Assembly (NCBI RefSeq): GCF_004010195.1
Contig: NC_057718.1
Location: 105,338,493-105,402,492, forward strand
Direction: 5' to 3'
DNA length: 64,000 bases
Source of the DNA: Chiloscyllium plagiosum
Lineage: Eukaryota
Shown here in pieces: positions 13,889-27,278 of this stretch. Position numbers and translations under genes: made by a program. Numbering within the stretch: the stretch's first letter is position 1; every line of letters starts with the position of its first letter. The notes under the pieces are model-generated. The model saw nothing but the letters and a program-made list of their open reading frames with translations. It was not told the origin of the DNA and ran no database searches.

Positions 13889-14216
13889 CAGGTACACAAT
13901 CTTTTGTCCGAAAGCTCAAGACCAACTGGTTTATGGAATTCGGAATTTTTCGAATTTCAGAATGAGTGACAGTTTGACGGTGAAATTTTAAAAAGTCTTA
14001 CCGAACAGCAGACTACGGACTCTGAGACAGAATTGAGGCCTGCTGGTGCTGGGCCACGCCCACCCACGTCACATCTGAGTGACATGAATCAAGTGGGTGT
14101 GGAGTTGGGTTAACTGTTTGCATGCCAAACAACCTTGTTAATGAGGAAAAAACTTCACAAAGAAACATTCGGAGCTTTTCGGATTTTGGAATTTCAGATA
14201 AAGGGTTGTTTACCTG
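13889..14216. mobile_element. Tc1/mariner (Tigger/pogo-like) MITE
   Basis: Imperfect 25-bp TIRs CAGGTACACAATCTTTTGTCCGAAA / TTTCAGATAAAGGGTTGTTTACCTG, flanked by TA on both sides (13887-88, 14217-18). Confidence 0.85.
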
Positions 14217-17200
14217 TACCATTCTATTATATTCTATTCTGTTCTAGTTAGACCACAACTGGAATACAGTGCTAGTTCGGCCCCCTGACATAAGGAAAGA
14301 TCTAAGGGCATAATCTCAAAGTAACATCGTTATTGCCCATTTAAAACAAATGAAGATTTATCCTCTCAGAGGACTGTGAATCTATGGAATTATTTTATGG
14401 CAGATGGCTATGAAGACTGGATCATTAAGTTTATTCAAGGCTGAGGTATTTTTTTTAAAGTCAGTATCTATAGTTATAGGGGAAAGATAAGAAAGTGAAA
14501 CTAAGGATCATCAGATGATTTCACTGAATGGCAGAACAGACTCAAGCTGAATGACTGATTATTTATGCTTCTACATCTTATTGTCTGTAAGAAATGTTGC
14601 ACAACAGAAAACTTGCATTTAACACAAGTCTTAATGTATAACTAATCAGAATCCTGTAGCATCAGCACTGAGTTCAGATTGTATTTCCATCTGAGTTGGG
14701 ATTTGAGAGCAGGAGCTAACTAGACCCCATGGCTTGTGTATATAATTATTTCCCCATTTTAAAGTCTCAAATTCTGTCCATAGTTTTATTATACTTTGAA
14801 TTTAGGTTGTTACTTATGGTTAAATTAGGAAGCCATATGATAATTCAGTAAACAAAGGATTGGCACATAGATATTTCTCTGTATTCCAAGTTGAATTGCT
14901 GGAGTGGTGCAGCCACAGATGGGAAGGAGTAATTACAGTGTGACACAGAAATCTATGATGCAGCATCAAATGAGCATTTACTCATATCACATTAAGTTTA
15001 AAAATATGAAGTTGTTTTAGCAAATAATGATCTTGCGGCTCAGTATGCTATTGACATTACTAATCAGCAGAATATCTACTAACACCAAATTGTTATGCTG
15101 GTTGTAGCAAGTTTGAAAAAAGTTGACCTGATACAAAACAGGATTTTGTTTTAATAGCAAATAATGTTTTGTACAGTGTTCTAATTTGATTATGAATTTG
15201 ACTGTACTAGAAATGTAATTGATTTTTAACTGTTACATGTAGAAATTTGAAACTAATATTTTTCTTTTAACTCTGTTGCTGAAATTTCATCTTTTTCACC
15301 TTGTTCTTGCATCTCCTGTTTAGCCTCAAGGCCCTTTCTATCATTTGATATGAACTTTTCAACTTTTCACACCCATTCTGACCTTTGTTGTGCAGGTCTT
15401 GTATCCTATGAAGCTTTAACTTTTCCCGTCCACCTTGCTTTGACTGTTTTTGCAGAGCATTGCATTTGCCTGGAGTATCAGTTGTACATTGAGTGTTGGA
15501 CTTCACTAATGTTGTCAGTGATTGACACGCTGTACACATGATGCTTGCCATTTTTGTGAATAATGTTCACTTAAATTCATTCATCTGGATGTTGGTAATC
15601 CTGCCTTTTTTCTGCTTGTCAGTGGTTGTCTTTCAAAGAGTGTATCCATAACAACTTTAGAAGTCCTTATTAAATGTAGATCTTTCACGACAAATGCAGC
15701 CTTCTCCTGGGGTTAATTTTTGTGTCGTATTGAACATCTCACCAACCTTTTTCGCAATATTAGTCACTGCCTTCATGTCATTTTGGTATTTTAATTAACA
15801 TGCTCTCCTTTTAAAAAAAAACAAAAATTCTTTTGTAACGTATGAGTCTACTTCCGACAATTCAGCCATTGTTTCTACCTAAAAATGAATTATTCAAAGA
15901 TTTGAATTAAACAATTCTGTTTTATGTATAAATATAAGTTTTGTGATGACAATGTGAAAAGTAAGGGCTGAATGTCTGATTTTAAGGTGTGGACTGAATA
16001 TGATGTTGTGCTATGGTCCAATTGCCCCTTCCTTCTCAGCCAGCTACATCAAAAAAAAGTGTGCAGGAGAAAAACTGCAGGTCTGGCAAGCTCCCATAGA
16101 GAGAAAAGAGTTAAACCTTCTGACAATGGGTCACTGGTCTTGAAATATTAACTCTATTTTCTCTTTACAGATGCTGCGTTTTTCCAGCACTTTCGACTTT
16201 TGTTTCAGGTTTCCATCATCTGCATTTCTTTATTTATCTAAACCAACAGTTGATCTTAAATGCTTATGTGGGACACCTCGGCTAATAATACATTCTTAAA
16301 TTATGGTTATAAACTATCTTTTTTTTCTAAATGACAAACTAATTATTAGTTAAAAGTTTAATTGTAACTAATCTCAGTGGACGGACTGTTACAAGTGCTG
16401 ATGAATTTGCAGCCCAAAGCGAACTGGATTTTTGGTGAATAGCTGCCAGTTTGAATTGTTTAGCTAATAGTCATTTTTGATATTGGCTCAAAATCTGCCA
16501 ATAAAGCTAATTATTTTAGGAATAGATTTAACTTCCACTTTGTGATTGTATGTAGTGAATGAAATATTTACATATGCATTCGTATAGATACATTACATAT
16601 GCATAGATACAAGATTTTCGAGCTGCAAGTGAAATCTAAGCCTGCATTCTTTCAATTGTGAAGTTGTTTAAGATAGAAAATTCTTAGGAGCTATTCGAGA
16701 AGAAATATGGATGAGTAGTGATTGGGGATGAGTAGGGGACTAAGGAAATTTATATTTCCAAGTGAAAAATTGTATCATCCTGGAATTTGTGTTGTTTTGC
16801 ATTTTAAGTGCCGTCTGTGAAATGGGATGGATTGAGGAGGGCTCAGAGACTAGATCTGAGAGTTTGTCTCAGAAGCTCCAGGGATTGTTTCATTCTAACT
16901 GAAAACCCTACTTGTGACAGTTAAATTTATAGTTGCTCGAGTTTTTTTTTTACCAAAGGCTTGTCCCAACATCCCGAGGGGTTGAACATTTTACAGAACG
17001 CAATGTCAGAGTACACACACGATAATTGAAGATTATACCGTGAAAGTTTCACACTACATTTAATGTTCAAAAAACCTAAAGCAGTAAAACAAGACATTAT
17101 CATACTTACGGTGTCCTCATGCATACAAAGTCTTCAGCAGTAAAATAAATTACAAACATAGAAAAGGGTGCAAAGAAATCAAACCAATTTATAAATTCTA

Positions 17201-17549
17201 TTAATTACAAATTGCAATCCCAATAATGAAGGATCCTCATTATGTGCCATATTCCCAAGTCCCATGCTGACTTCCTCACTTAGATGTAAATTTTGTCTTC
17301 CCATAGTACCTGTACCAAGTAAATTTTTTGACCTGCACTTTAAATACCTAGATCTCCTTGAATTTCTTTGCGCAGTTTTGAATACTCTCTCACTGTTCAC
17401 ATAAACTGCATCCCACTAAACTTCTCTTCCTCTAATTGCCTTTTATGTTTTTGAGATCTTTTTCATCAGCAAGTTCATCTCAGACCACATCCATGATGCA
17501 AGGATGACCACTGTCATGTCCTGTGACTGCCCATAGAGTCTTAATTTAG

Positions 17550-17851
17550 GGGGACATGGTAGCATAGTAGAAATGTCACTGGACTAGCAAATCTAGATGT
17601 CCAGGCTACTGCTCTAGGGATGGAGATTCAATTCCATTCCCTGCCACCACCGCTACTGTGAAAATAAAATTCAATGAATAATTTTATAATTGAAAGCTAT
17701 TCTCAGTGATGGTATCACGAAACTGCAATTAATTAGCATAAAAACTAATGTAGTACAGTGATGTCCTTTAGGGAAGGAAATCTGCTGTCTTTACCTGTTC
17801 TGGCCTACATGTGAATCCAGATATGGTTAACTACCTTCTGAAATTATCTAG
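17550..17851 (+). mobile_element. Old SINE-like element (tail resumes at about 18520-18570)
   Basis: Degenerate tRNA-like head and gtcctttagggaaggaaatctgc..tggcctacatgtga core. The tail caagggcaatt.gggataggcaataaat resumes after the insertion. Confidence 0.55.
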
Positions 17852-18518
17852 TGTTGGAAATTGGGGTCCCTTTAAAACTGTGTTCACCCAGTGTTCCTTA
17901 TTTGGTATTTTCTGTGTAGCATGAAATCTCATTTAACTGTCTTACAGTGATAACTAGCGTTATACAGGCATAAGGGAGAGATTTATTGTGCACCACACTA
18001 TCCTATTGTGAGTTCAACATTTTGGAAATCATCAACTTTTGTTTGTGGGAGGACTGAAACTAGCCTTTAAATTGTGATGGGCAAGGGGACACTGGTCATC
18101 CTGGCATCATGAGTAACTGCTCATGGTCATTGACCAAAAGAGCTTAGACAAGTGATTGACACAGCAGGGATGGCCAGCACCTAAAATAAGTATACCAGTA
18201 GGGATAGGTAAAAAGATACAGATACAGGCAAGAAAATCCAGGGAAATGATATCACCTTCTTGGGAGATGAGTTCCTTTACATCAACCTGAGGGAATAATG
18301 AAGGCAAAGACCTATTCCCCTTCAAAACTACTGCTCCTGTTCCTCCATTCTACAGGACAGATTTAGGATCACTGAATTGTTCTGTCAGTCGTATACTTTT
18401 TTTGCCGAATTAACTGATGTATCATCTAAATTGCTGCTTCCTAATAAACTCAAATTATCAGAAAACTGCTACAACTCTTTGATTTCCTATACTGTGATCA
18501 AGCACCCCAAAATCAACA
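17852..18518 (+). mobile_element. Probable solo LTR
   Basis: TG...CA ends with imperfect inverted termini (TGTTGGAAATTGGGGT / ACCCCAAAATCAACA) and AATAAA at 18443. It interrupts the older SINE. Confidence 0.55.
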
Positions 18519-18586
18519 TGAGGCAAGCAATTCAGCTCAAGGGCAATTTGGGATAGGCAATAAATTTGGTCTCTGGTCTTTTTTTT

Positions 18587-18820
18587 TAGATTACTTACAG
18601 TGTGGAAACAGGCCCTTCGGCCCAACAAGTCCACACCGACCCGCCGAAGCGCAACCCACCCAGACCCATTCCCCTACATTTACCTCTTCACCTAACACTA
18701 CGGGCAATTTAGCATGGCCAATTCACCTAACCTGCACATCTTTGGATTGTGGGAGGAAACCGGAGCACCCGGAGGAAATCCACGCAGACACTGGGAGATT
18801 GTGCAAACTCCACACAGAGA
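18587..18820 (-). mobile_element. V-SINE (HE1-like), 5'-truncated
   Basis: Highly similar to 5025-5250. Confidence 0.88.
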
Positions 18821-19132
18821 GTCTCCAGAGTCTTTGACTGCCATATCCTACGAAAAATGTTCCACCACTCACCAGTCTTTCTACCTCACCATCAGTCCAT
18901 GGTAAATACTTGTATCCCTTGCTAGTTGGATCTCAAACTTTCAAATTCCTCTCCCTTGGATATCTACCTGTCACAACATTACTGCTGTAAGTTTTAATAA
19001 TCTAATGCTGTTTTAACCCCTTACATTCTTGAAATTGCACCTTTTTTTCTGCATTGGTATATCCCTGATCTGTCCCTGTCTTTTCGTGTGCATGTAAATC
19101 CTATCTTTCAGAATCACCTTTGGATTCAATTT

Positions 19133-19160
19133 CTGATGAAGGGCTTTTGCCCGAAACGTC
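19133..19160 (+). ncRNA. Minimal type I hammerhead ribozyme core
   Basis: CTGATGA-a-GGGC-TTTT-GCCC-GAAAC-GTC: intact catalytic core, perfect stem II, palindromic ACGT stem III. Followed by the Penelope terminal sequence to about 19260. Confidence 0.75.
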
Positions 19161-19319
19161 GATCTTTCTGCTCCTCGGATACTGCCTGACTTGCTGTACT
19201 TTTCCAGCACCACTCTAATCTTGACTCTAATATCCAGCATCTGCAATAATCACTTTCACCACTGAAGTCCGGCTCACAGATTTATAGTTCCCAGGCTTGT
19301 CCCTCCAGTCTTTCTGAAA

Positions 19320-20080
19320 TAGAGTTATGGCGATGTACAGCATGGAAACAGACCCTTCGGTCCAACCTGTCCATGCCGACCAGATATCTCATCCCCATCC
19401 AGTCCCACCTGCCAGCACCTAGCTCATCTCCCTCCAAACTTCCCCCACTCACATATCCGTCCAAATGCCCCCTAAATGTTGCTTGCTGAGATATTTGTAT
19501 CATTGATAGTCACAGGTGAGGTGCCGGAAGACAGAAGGTTGGCTAACGTGGTGCCACTGTTTAAGAAGGGTGTTCGACAAGGTTCCCCAGGGGAGATTGA
19601 TTAGCAAGGTTAGATCTCATGGAATACAGGGAGAACTAACCATTTGGATACAGAACTGGCTTAAAGATAGAAGACAGAGGGTGGTGGTAACGGATACTTT
19701 TTCAGACTGGAGGCCATTTCCCAAAATTCAATAGATTTGGAAACAGCCCCTCAAATTGGCAGGCAGCAAATGTTTCACAACTTTTCAAGAGCGGAGGGAG
19801 GGAGAAACCATTCATCAACAGGATGTTAGCCTAACATCAGTCATTAAGTAAGTGAGAACGCATCTTCGTGGTTTCCACAGGGATCAGTGTTGGAGCCACT
19901 GTTGTTTGTGATATGCATAAATGAACTGGAAGAGGCATTGGTGGTCTGATCAGTAAGTTTGTAGATGACACAAAGATTGGTGGAGTAGCAGAAAGCATAG
20001 CAGACTGTCAAAGAATACAGGAGAATATAGATAGACTGGAGAGTTGGGCAGAGAAGTGGCAGATGGAGTTCAATCCTGAA
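19320..20080. mobile_element. CR1 fragments (tail on -, RT pieces on +)
   Basis: FDKVPQGRLISKVRSHGIQGELTIWIQNWL and aagtttgtagatgacacaaagattgg (KFVDDTKI). Confidence 0.8.
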
Positions 20081-20299
20081 ATGAAGGCACTATGATGTGT
20101 TAATGGGGCAGAATGCATCTTCAGAAGAAATGATGCAATGTCACATCATTTTGCTAGTCTTTGAAGCCTTATGACAAGTTGAAGCCACAATAAGATGTTA
20201 ATGTTTTCGTTACCTCAGCAGACTGTGTAAATATTCTTTTAGCAGCAAAGCAAGACCAAGAATATTATACAGCAGCAGCAAGTGAAAGAGCAATGAGGA

Positions 20300-21029
20300 G
20301 AGGTCTCTAGTATTACTGGAAAACTTCAAGCAGGTCATGGGATCCAATCGAGCAGAACTGTTGCTGAATTGGTACTCAAGATTTACTTGTGCTGCATCTG
20401 ATCTCACAGGAAAGCTGAGCCAACGATCAGCTCAATATGCCATCGTGTGTAATGAGTAGTTGTGCAAGTAATATCATAGTCAGGCAAGAGGTCATCTGAA
20501 AAACAGCAACACATTAGGAGGTAATAAAAACATTCAATGCTTGCTTCAATCAGTGAAAAAATGCTTATGTTAAATGAGCTGAATTTAATAAATGTACCCA
20601 GTGATAAGGTGGAAGTATTAACACTTAATCATCTCTACAGATATGCTGAGAACTGTGAGTATTGCAGCTTAAAAGAAGAATGACTCAAAGGCAGAACTGT
20701 TGCAGGAGGTGTAGATGAAGTATTCTCTGACCACTTTCAGTTGAGGGATGATTTAACATTAACCAAAGTATTTTACCTGAGCAGACAAGCTGAGATCAGG
20801 AAGTAAACCTAATGGATTTGGGGTGATGGAAGTGATATCCCAAAGATGACTCCATCAAATGTAACATTTAAACCAGAGAGGTGATTGTAGAAGTAAGGAG
20901 GAGGAGTACATCATCCACCCGGCTAACTTATCAGCATGATGGGAAGTAAGCACGTGTGAAAATTGTCCCGCCAAAGAGGCTAATTGCCATTCATGCATGA
21001 AGTACAGTCACTTCTCAGCTGTGTTGCAG
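20300..21029 (+). mobile_element. Ty3/Gypsy gag remnant
   Basis: LYRYAENCEYCSLKEE*LKGRTVAG..D..FSD..Q..DDLTLTKV....RQAE (20633-20803) and knuckle-like CPAKEANCHSCMKYSHF (about 20964-21014). Confidence 0.72.
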
Positions 21030-21234
21030 TAAGAGTTGAAAAATGTGATGCTGGAAAAACACAGCAGGCCAGGCAGCATCCGAGGAGCAGGATTCTGTGT
21101 TTTTCCAGCACCACATTTTTCAACTCTGGTACTCCAGCATCTGCAGTCCTCACTTTCTCCCTTGTACAGAATAAGTCAACAGGGAAATCCTCAAAAATGG
21201 CATGGTCCATGAAATAAAAGATATCAGTGATGTG

Positions 21235-22856
21235 AACATAAGAAATAGGAGCAGGAGTAGGAATTTCAGCTCCTCAAGCCTACTCTGCCATTCAATGGAT
21301 CGTGGCTGATCTCATCTCAGCCTTAACTCCAACTTTCCTGCCCGTTCTCCATAACTCTTTAAATCATTACAAATAAAAGATCTTCTATCTCCTCAAATTT
21401 ACTACATGTCCCAGCATCCACCACACTCTGAGGTAGTGATTTCCACAGATTCATGACCCTTTGATAGAAGTATTTTCTCCTCATTTCTGTTTATTTCATT
21501 ATATTTAAATCTGATACCTCATCCTCAAACTATAGAATAGAATCCCTACAGTGTGGAAATAGGCCCTTCGGCCCAATGAGTCTACACTGACCCTCTGCAG
21601 ATAATCCCACCCATACCCATTTTCTGAGTACTGTACATTTATCCCACACTAATGCACCTACACATCCCTGGACACTATGGAAAATTTAGCATGTCCAATT
21701 CACCTAACTTGCGTATCTTTGGATTGTGAGAGGAAATCGGAGTAAACCCATGCAGACATCGGGAGAATGTGCAAACTCCACATGGACAGTCACCCGAGGT
21801 GGGAATCGAACCTGGGTTCTTGGCGCTGTGAGGCAACAATGCTAACCACTGGGCCACCGTGCTGTTTTAGATTGCCCCACAAGTGGAATCATCCTCTATG
21901 TATCTACTTTGCCATTCTCCTTTAGTATCTTTTTTATCTCAATTAAATCTCCTCTCATTCTTCTAAACTCTAGAATATAGGCCTAAACTGCTCAATCGCT
22001 CCTCATAAAACAAAGCCTCTTGCCTCTGGAATCAAATTAGTGATTCTCCTCTGCATTACCTCTTATGCAACTACATTCTTTCTCAAGGGGCCAAAATTGT
22101 ATGCTGCTCTCCAGGTGCAGTCTTGTGCAGTTGAAGCAGCACTTCACTTTTATTCTCTATTCCTTTCACAATAAATGCCAAAATTCCATTTGCACTCCTT
22201 AATACCTGCTGTACCTTAATTCTAATTTTCTGTGACTCCTGCATGGGGACAACCAGATCTCTCTCCACTGAAGCACTCTGCAGTTTATTTCCAGTTAGAT
22301 AATAAGTTGCCTTTCTATTCTTCTGACCAAAATGGATCACCTCACACTTAGCTGCTGTAAACTCCATCTGCCAGATTTTGGCCCATTCACCTAATCGATC
22401 GATTTCCATTTGTAAATTGCTTATTTCAACTTAGTATCCTACCTATTTTAGTAGATTTGCAAATTTGGCTATATTACCTTCTATCCCTGCATCCAAATCA
22501 TTAATATAGATTGTAAATATTTGGAGCCCAAAGACCGAACTCTGTGATACCCAATTGGTTGTAGCTTGCTATCTAGAAAATTACATTTATCATGACTCTG
22601 TTTTCTGTTGGTATGGTGAGCCAATCCTCTATCCAAGGTAGTAAACTGCCCTAACATAATGGGATCTTCCCTTGTGTGACTTTTGTGTGGACCCTCATCA
22701 GATGCTTTCTAAGTCCAGATTTACTGCATCTACAAGATCTCCATTAGCCATTTTGCTTATTACATCTCCAAAGAACTCTTACAAATTCATCAAACATGAT
22801 TTACTGTTCAGAAAACAACTTTGACTCTGATGGATTGCATTTTGACTTTCTAAATG
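21235..22856 (-). mobile_element. CR1 LINE, decayed, with V-SINE inserted at about 21533-21862
   Basis: ORF 22083..22409 (DRLGEWAKIWQMEFTAAKCEVIHFG). The V-SINE core is seen in ORF 21675..21857. Confidence 0.85.
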
Positions 22857-22933
22857 TGGAGCTACCTGTCCTTGGCAAAATCAAGGAACTAAGCAGATGC
22901 TACTGGAATGCTGATATCCCACTGGAAGGCAGC

Positions 22934-23026
22934 AGCATCAATTCAGTGCCGGAAATTGTCCAGATCACAATGTTGCATATCCTTCAAGGGCTGGATATAG
23001 TTGTGTATCACATGGATAATGTCTTG
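22934..23026 (+). mobile_element. Ty3/Gypsy reverse-transcriptase fragment
   Basis: SINSVPEIVQITMLHILQGLDIVVYHMDNVL resembles the GI.SAPEIFQ..M..IL.GL.GV..(Y/H)MDDVL catalytic segment. Confidence 0.65.
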
Positions 23027-23420
23027 AACCACATTCACTTCTGCCTTGGGACCCTCCAACCACATGGGATTAATGTGAATTTCACCAGTTTCCTCATTTC
23101 CCCTCTCCCCCACCTTTTCCCAGATCCCAACTTTCCAACTTGACACCATCCTCATGACCTGTCCAACTGTCTATTTTACTTCCCACCTACCCACTCCACC
23201 TTCCTCTCCAATCTATCACCATCACCCTCACCTTTATCTATCTATCGCACTGTCAGCTACCTTCCCCCTTCCCAGCCCCACCCCCTTCCCATTTATCTCT
23301 CTACTCCCTTGGCTCACAAGCCTCATTCTTGATGAAGGGCTTATGTCCTAATCATCGATTCTCCTGCTCCCCGGATGCTGCCTGACCTGCTGTGCTTTTC
23401 CAGCACCACACTCTCGACTC
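23027..23420 (+). mobile_element. Penelope-like 3' terminus
   Basis: HIHFCLGTLQPHGINVNFTSF (end of the GIY-YIG ORF), C-rich UTR, degenerate hammerhead at about 23329-23356, and gatgctgcctgacctgctgtgcttttccagca tail. Confidence 0.8.
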
Positions 23421-26400
23421 CTGAGCTTAGTCCCTAATCTTGAATTGTTCTGGAACCTACTGGTCAATTTCACGCCACTCCATTGAGCTTGTTATGTATT
23501 TATATTCTTTGCTGAAATAATACTGTATTTGAATATATTTCCACACTACTACATGTTTTATTGTTAAAAGCCAAATTCATATGACTATTTCATTAAGGAT
23601 GGTTTACTCTGAGATATGACAGCATTAGAAAGAGATCTTGATCAGTAGGACAGAGATTTTGTTTTTTATTCCAGTATTGGGAGAGCACTTGTATGCAGGA
23701 TTTACTTTATTGCAAGCTGTAAGCAAGTTTACACATGACTTTCAAATGAAATGCCAAGAAAGATAATAAGCATACTGCTGTAATAAGTTGGGTGTGGAGT
23801 TTCTTGCATGTGGTTGACAGCTTGTCAAAAAATCTGATAGGGATTCATTCTCTCTCAAGAGAACAGAGGTTGTTTCAGGTGTACAATAAACTAATTGCAT
23901 TTCCCCTGAATGGATAATTGTCAGACTTCAGGACTCCTATCCAACTTTTCAGGAGTCTGATAACATTTACAACAGTTCTGTAAAAATGTCTTGGATGATC
24001 TTATCTAGATTACTGTAAAACAGCCAAACTCTTCCACACTTACACTTTTTTTTGTTTACAGTTTATATATTTTCATTTTCATTATACACAATTATATGTT
24101 CATTTTCTGTTGTTCCCTGTATTTTCATCTTTGTTCAGTTACACATGAATGCAACTGCTCCCTTACTGATTTATTTCATCTAATTTTTGATTTTCTATGT
24201 GATTCAAATTCATAATTTGCATTATTTTGTTTGTAGTATTGCAGATTTTATATCTCGAAAGATTTGCCTGATTTCTTTCTATCAGTATCAACAAATATTG
24301 CCAAAATTATCGATTTATTTTATTTTTTTGAGAGCTACTGATCGGCATGTCATTTTGAAAGTTAGGATGTCTTTAAGGGTTAGATATTCTTGGTGCCATT
24401 AGTAAAATGGTTTGGTTTTTTTCTTGGTATAGTTGAAGAGTTGCATGTCAGCTATTTCTGCTCCTATTGTCTATTCATTGGGCACCTGGATAGCACCAAG
24501 TGAGAAAATAAATGGAAATATAGTTCTACCTAGAACATTTATGGAATTAATATTCCCCTCATTAATGCTACAAATGCTATGCATTTAAATCTTTTACATA
24601 GCCTAGAAGCTTAAGTTATAAGAATATAATTTATAGTAAGCAAAACTGAGGAAGTGGTTTCATTATTGTAGAAAGGTTATGATATAAAAATCTTAAATTT
24701 AAAACTTCCAAACAAAATTCTTGTAAGATAACCATGATCATGGAAATATTGATCTGAGTGTCAAGAACTTGATGCCTACTTTGATGAGTGTTGTGACCTT
24801 TTTCTTGTTGAATGTCTTGTGTGCATATTATTACAGGATTTTCTACTGGGACAGGCAAATTGTCTTGTTTGTAACTTTGTTCTTGCAAATATCCTGTGAT
24901 GATTTTACAGAAAAAAGATGACATTATGTCCATTCCTCTTCTCAAGACAAGCTGGTTGTAGTTTTGAATTGTAGGGCTGATTTTCTCAGCTGTTTCTCTT
25001 CAGCTGAGGAAATATTCATTTGTCCTAAAGACCTGTCAGTATTTTTGTACGCTAAAGGGTTTGGCTCTGGATTGTGGTTACAACTAAAAAAAAAGACTAT
25101 TGACACATCAATCCCGCTTCAGGTCAACCCGTCACAAAATATGGTGAGAGGCAGTAATGACATTTTCTGCAGCTATGGCTGAAGTAACATCTGTTCTTTA
25201 CACAAGGGGAGAATGGCCTAAAAATATTCAAAAGGTCATGGCAGCATAATCTGTTACGTTTCCTTTTCTCAGTTACTTCCCCATTTCATAAATACAACAA
25301 AAATCATTGCAATCAAACCTTGATAACATCTTTCCTTTCAGCTATTATTAAACTTGAAAGTCATTGATTGTATCAAGGGGAGAAAAGGTTTAAATAAAAT
25401 TAAAGAGTTCTGAAAAGTTAATTTTAAAACGATATGGGGATATTGATCTGATCTTCTTAAGTGTTCTAAAAGGCTATCATCCTAGATCTCTGTTTACTGA
25501 TTAAAAGAATAATTTGACATCAAAGTCTTTCTTGCTTGGAAGAGGATGTCAAGTTGGAATCATAGTGCAAGAATCTCTTCACTCTGCAATTGTGAGGCAA
25601 ATCCAAAGTTTCAACCCAATGTATTCTGTGAGTTAGAAAACATGTTTATTTACTTTGTTTTTTTTATGTAGACTGTATGTAACCTTTGTTACCCTGTTGC
25701 AAAAAAGGGTACTAATGTAAACCATGTTCATGGAAATTTATAGCTTGAACTTTGAGTTGTAATCTATACTATCTAGCTTACTGTGAAGATTTTACATGTG
25801 TGATTTTATGCTATGGTATAGCATCTTTTGTGATTTTTTTCAAGGAAGTGTTCCAATTCTAGGTCTGGATTTGTTCCACTAAATGCAAACTATTTTTGTG
25901 AAAGTGACATGTCCAGGGGCCTGTGCTATATTTGTATGGTTGCTAACTCATTTGTTTTAAATGGATTTGGAAGTGCAATAAAAAGCACTCCAAGGAATTC
26001 TAACAAATGGATTAACCAAAGGATGTTAAGTAGTGGGCGAAAAAAAGGTTTCTTTGGTGCTATTTCCAAAAAAGCACCACAAATCTCCCATTGTATTGAC
26101 TAACTTTTATTATGTAGAATTACATGGAAAGTACAGGTTTAAAACAGGTCATACAGCCCAACTGGCACTAGCTGGTACTTTTGTTTCATAGTAGTGCAAC
26201 TAAGTGGCTGAAGGATTGAAAATACATCTGTTTGCTATTATGTTAGAAAACTGCTTCTACCACTACACTGTGCCACAAGTGACACACAAAGTTGGGTTAT
26301 AGTAAATATCTGAAGTTTCATTTTTCATTAGTCTTTCCTCCGGACTTATTCCCAATATTTAAGAAAGCATGTCAGAGTCAAACGTAAAGAACGGTTTCTT

Positions 26401-26758
26401 GCGGGGAGCCACACTGTCAATTAAAAGTGTGAAATCAATAAACTTTCAGTCTCTCCCAAATGCAAATAATTATAAAGACAGTATGTGGAATTTGAGCCAT
26501 TGGTTAATGGGTTTCTCAAACAGTGCTGCCTTCTGGGGTTTCCTTGTAGACCTAGCTCATAATAGCAAGTCCTGTGGGGTGGGCAGAATAAACTGCTGTT
26601 CCTTTTCTGCTCTTTTTAAGCTAATGCATTGTTGCCACATTTTCATCTTAAAATATAGTTCATGAGGGACCATTTTGCAATTCTACTTGCAGAGAAGTTT
26701 AATTTTATGCTTAATGGAAGCTAATTAATTTTCACACATGGTGTTGTTTCTTTGACAG

Positions 26759-26842
26759 AGCTGAGCTCCAGCTGCCATCAGATGTCTGTCTGCCTGACTG
26801 AGCTGCACCTGTGGTCTATGAAGAATACCTTACAAGTCAAGG
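26759..26842 (+). CDS. WDPCP: WDPCP first conserved coding exon; ATG at 26782 (MSVCLTELHLWSMKNTLQVK)
   Basis: Acceptor tttctttgacAG, donor G|gtaatt. Translation CHQ-MSVCLTELHLWSMKNTL matches vertebrate WDPCP CHQMSFCLTELHLWSLKNTL. Ends in phase 1. Confidence 0.93.
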
Positions 26843-27278
26843 GTAATTGAAGTCTTTCCTAGATTTTGTAACTGTTTATTAGTTAAATAATTTTCTCCCT
26901 TCCATTGAAATACAACAAAAATTACCATTCATACATATATAAGAAGCGTTATGTGATAATGGATTTTGCATTGCTGTTAGCATAATGCACTATCTATTAT
27001 GTGTTCATTTAAATTGAATTTATATTTAAGTACACTGGTATATTTTATACTGAAATATTTTTTAAAACCAAATTATAATAAAGTGCTGTAGTAGAAATGC
27101 AGTTAGAAATTGCACCTCTTAATGCAGTTTGCATCTGTGTTTTTGCAATTTTTACAATAAGAAATCTAAATGTTGATTTAAGTTTATTGAGCTATTAGAG
27201 CATTACGCATAATGGCCACTCAACTGGTGAACAGTATTGTCTTCTTTACTACAAGTGTAATATGAGCTTAGATCCAGC

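Larger units (their letters stand above)
12570..14590. mobile_element. Mosaic of CR1 fragments on both strands with nested insertions
   Basis: ORF 12686..12880 (YTALVRPRL..RNFFTQRV). CR1 RT pieces at 13470-13790 and 14240-14590. Confidence 0.65.

Noticed and set aside
15190..15960. Possible decayed transposase or recombinase on the minus strand
   Set aside because: It looks coding-like, but no motif could be assigned with confidence.
16920..17520. Possible retroviral env-like remnant
   Set aside because: Only a vague Trp-rich hydrophobic reading, which is insufficient evidence.
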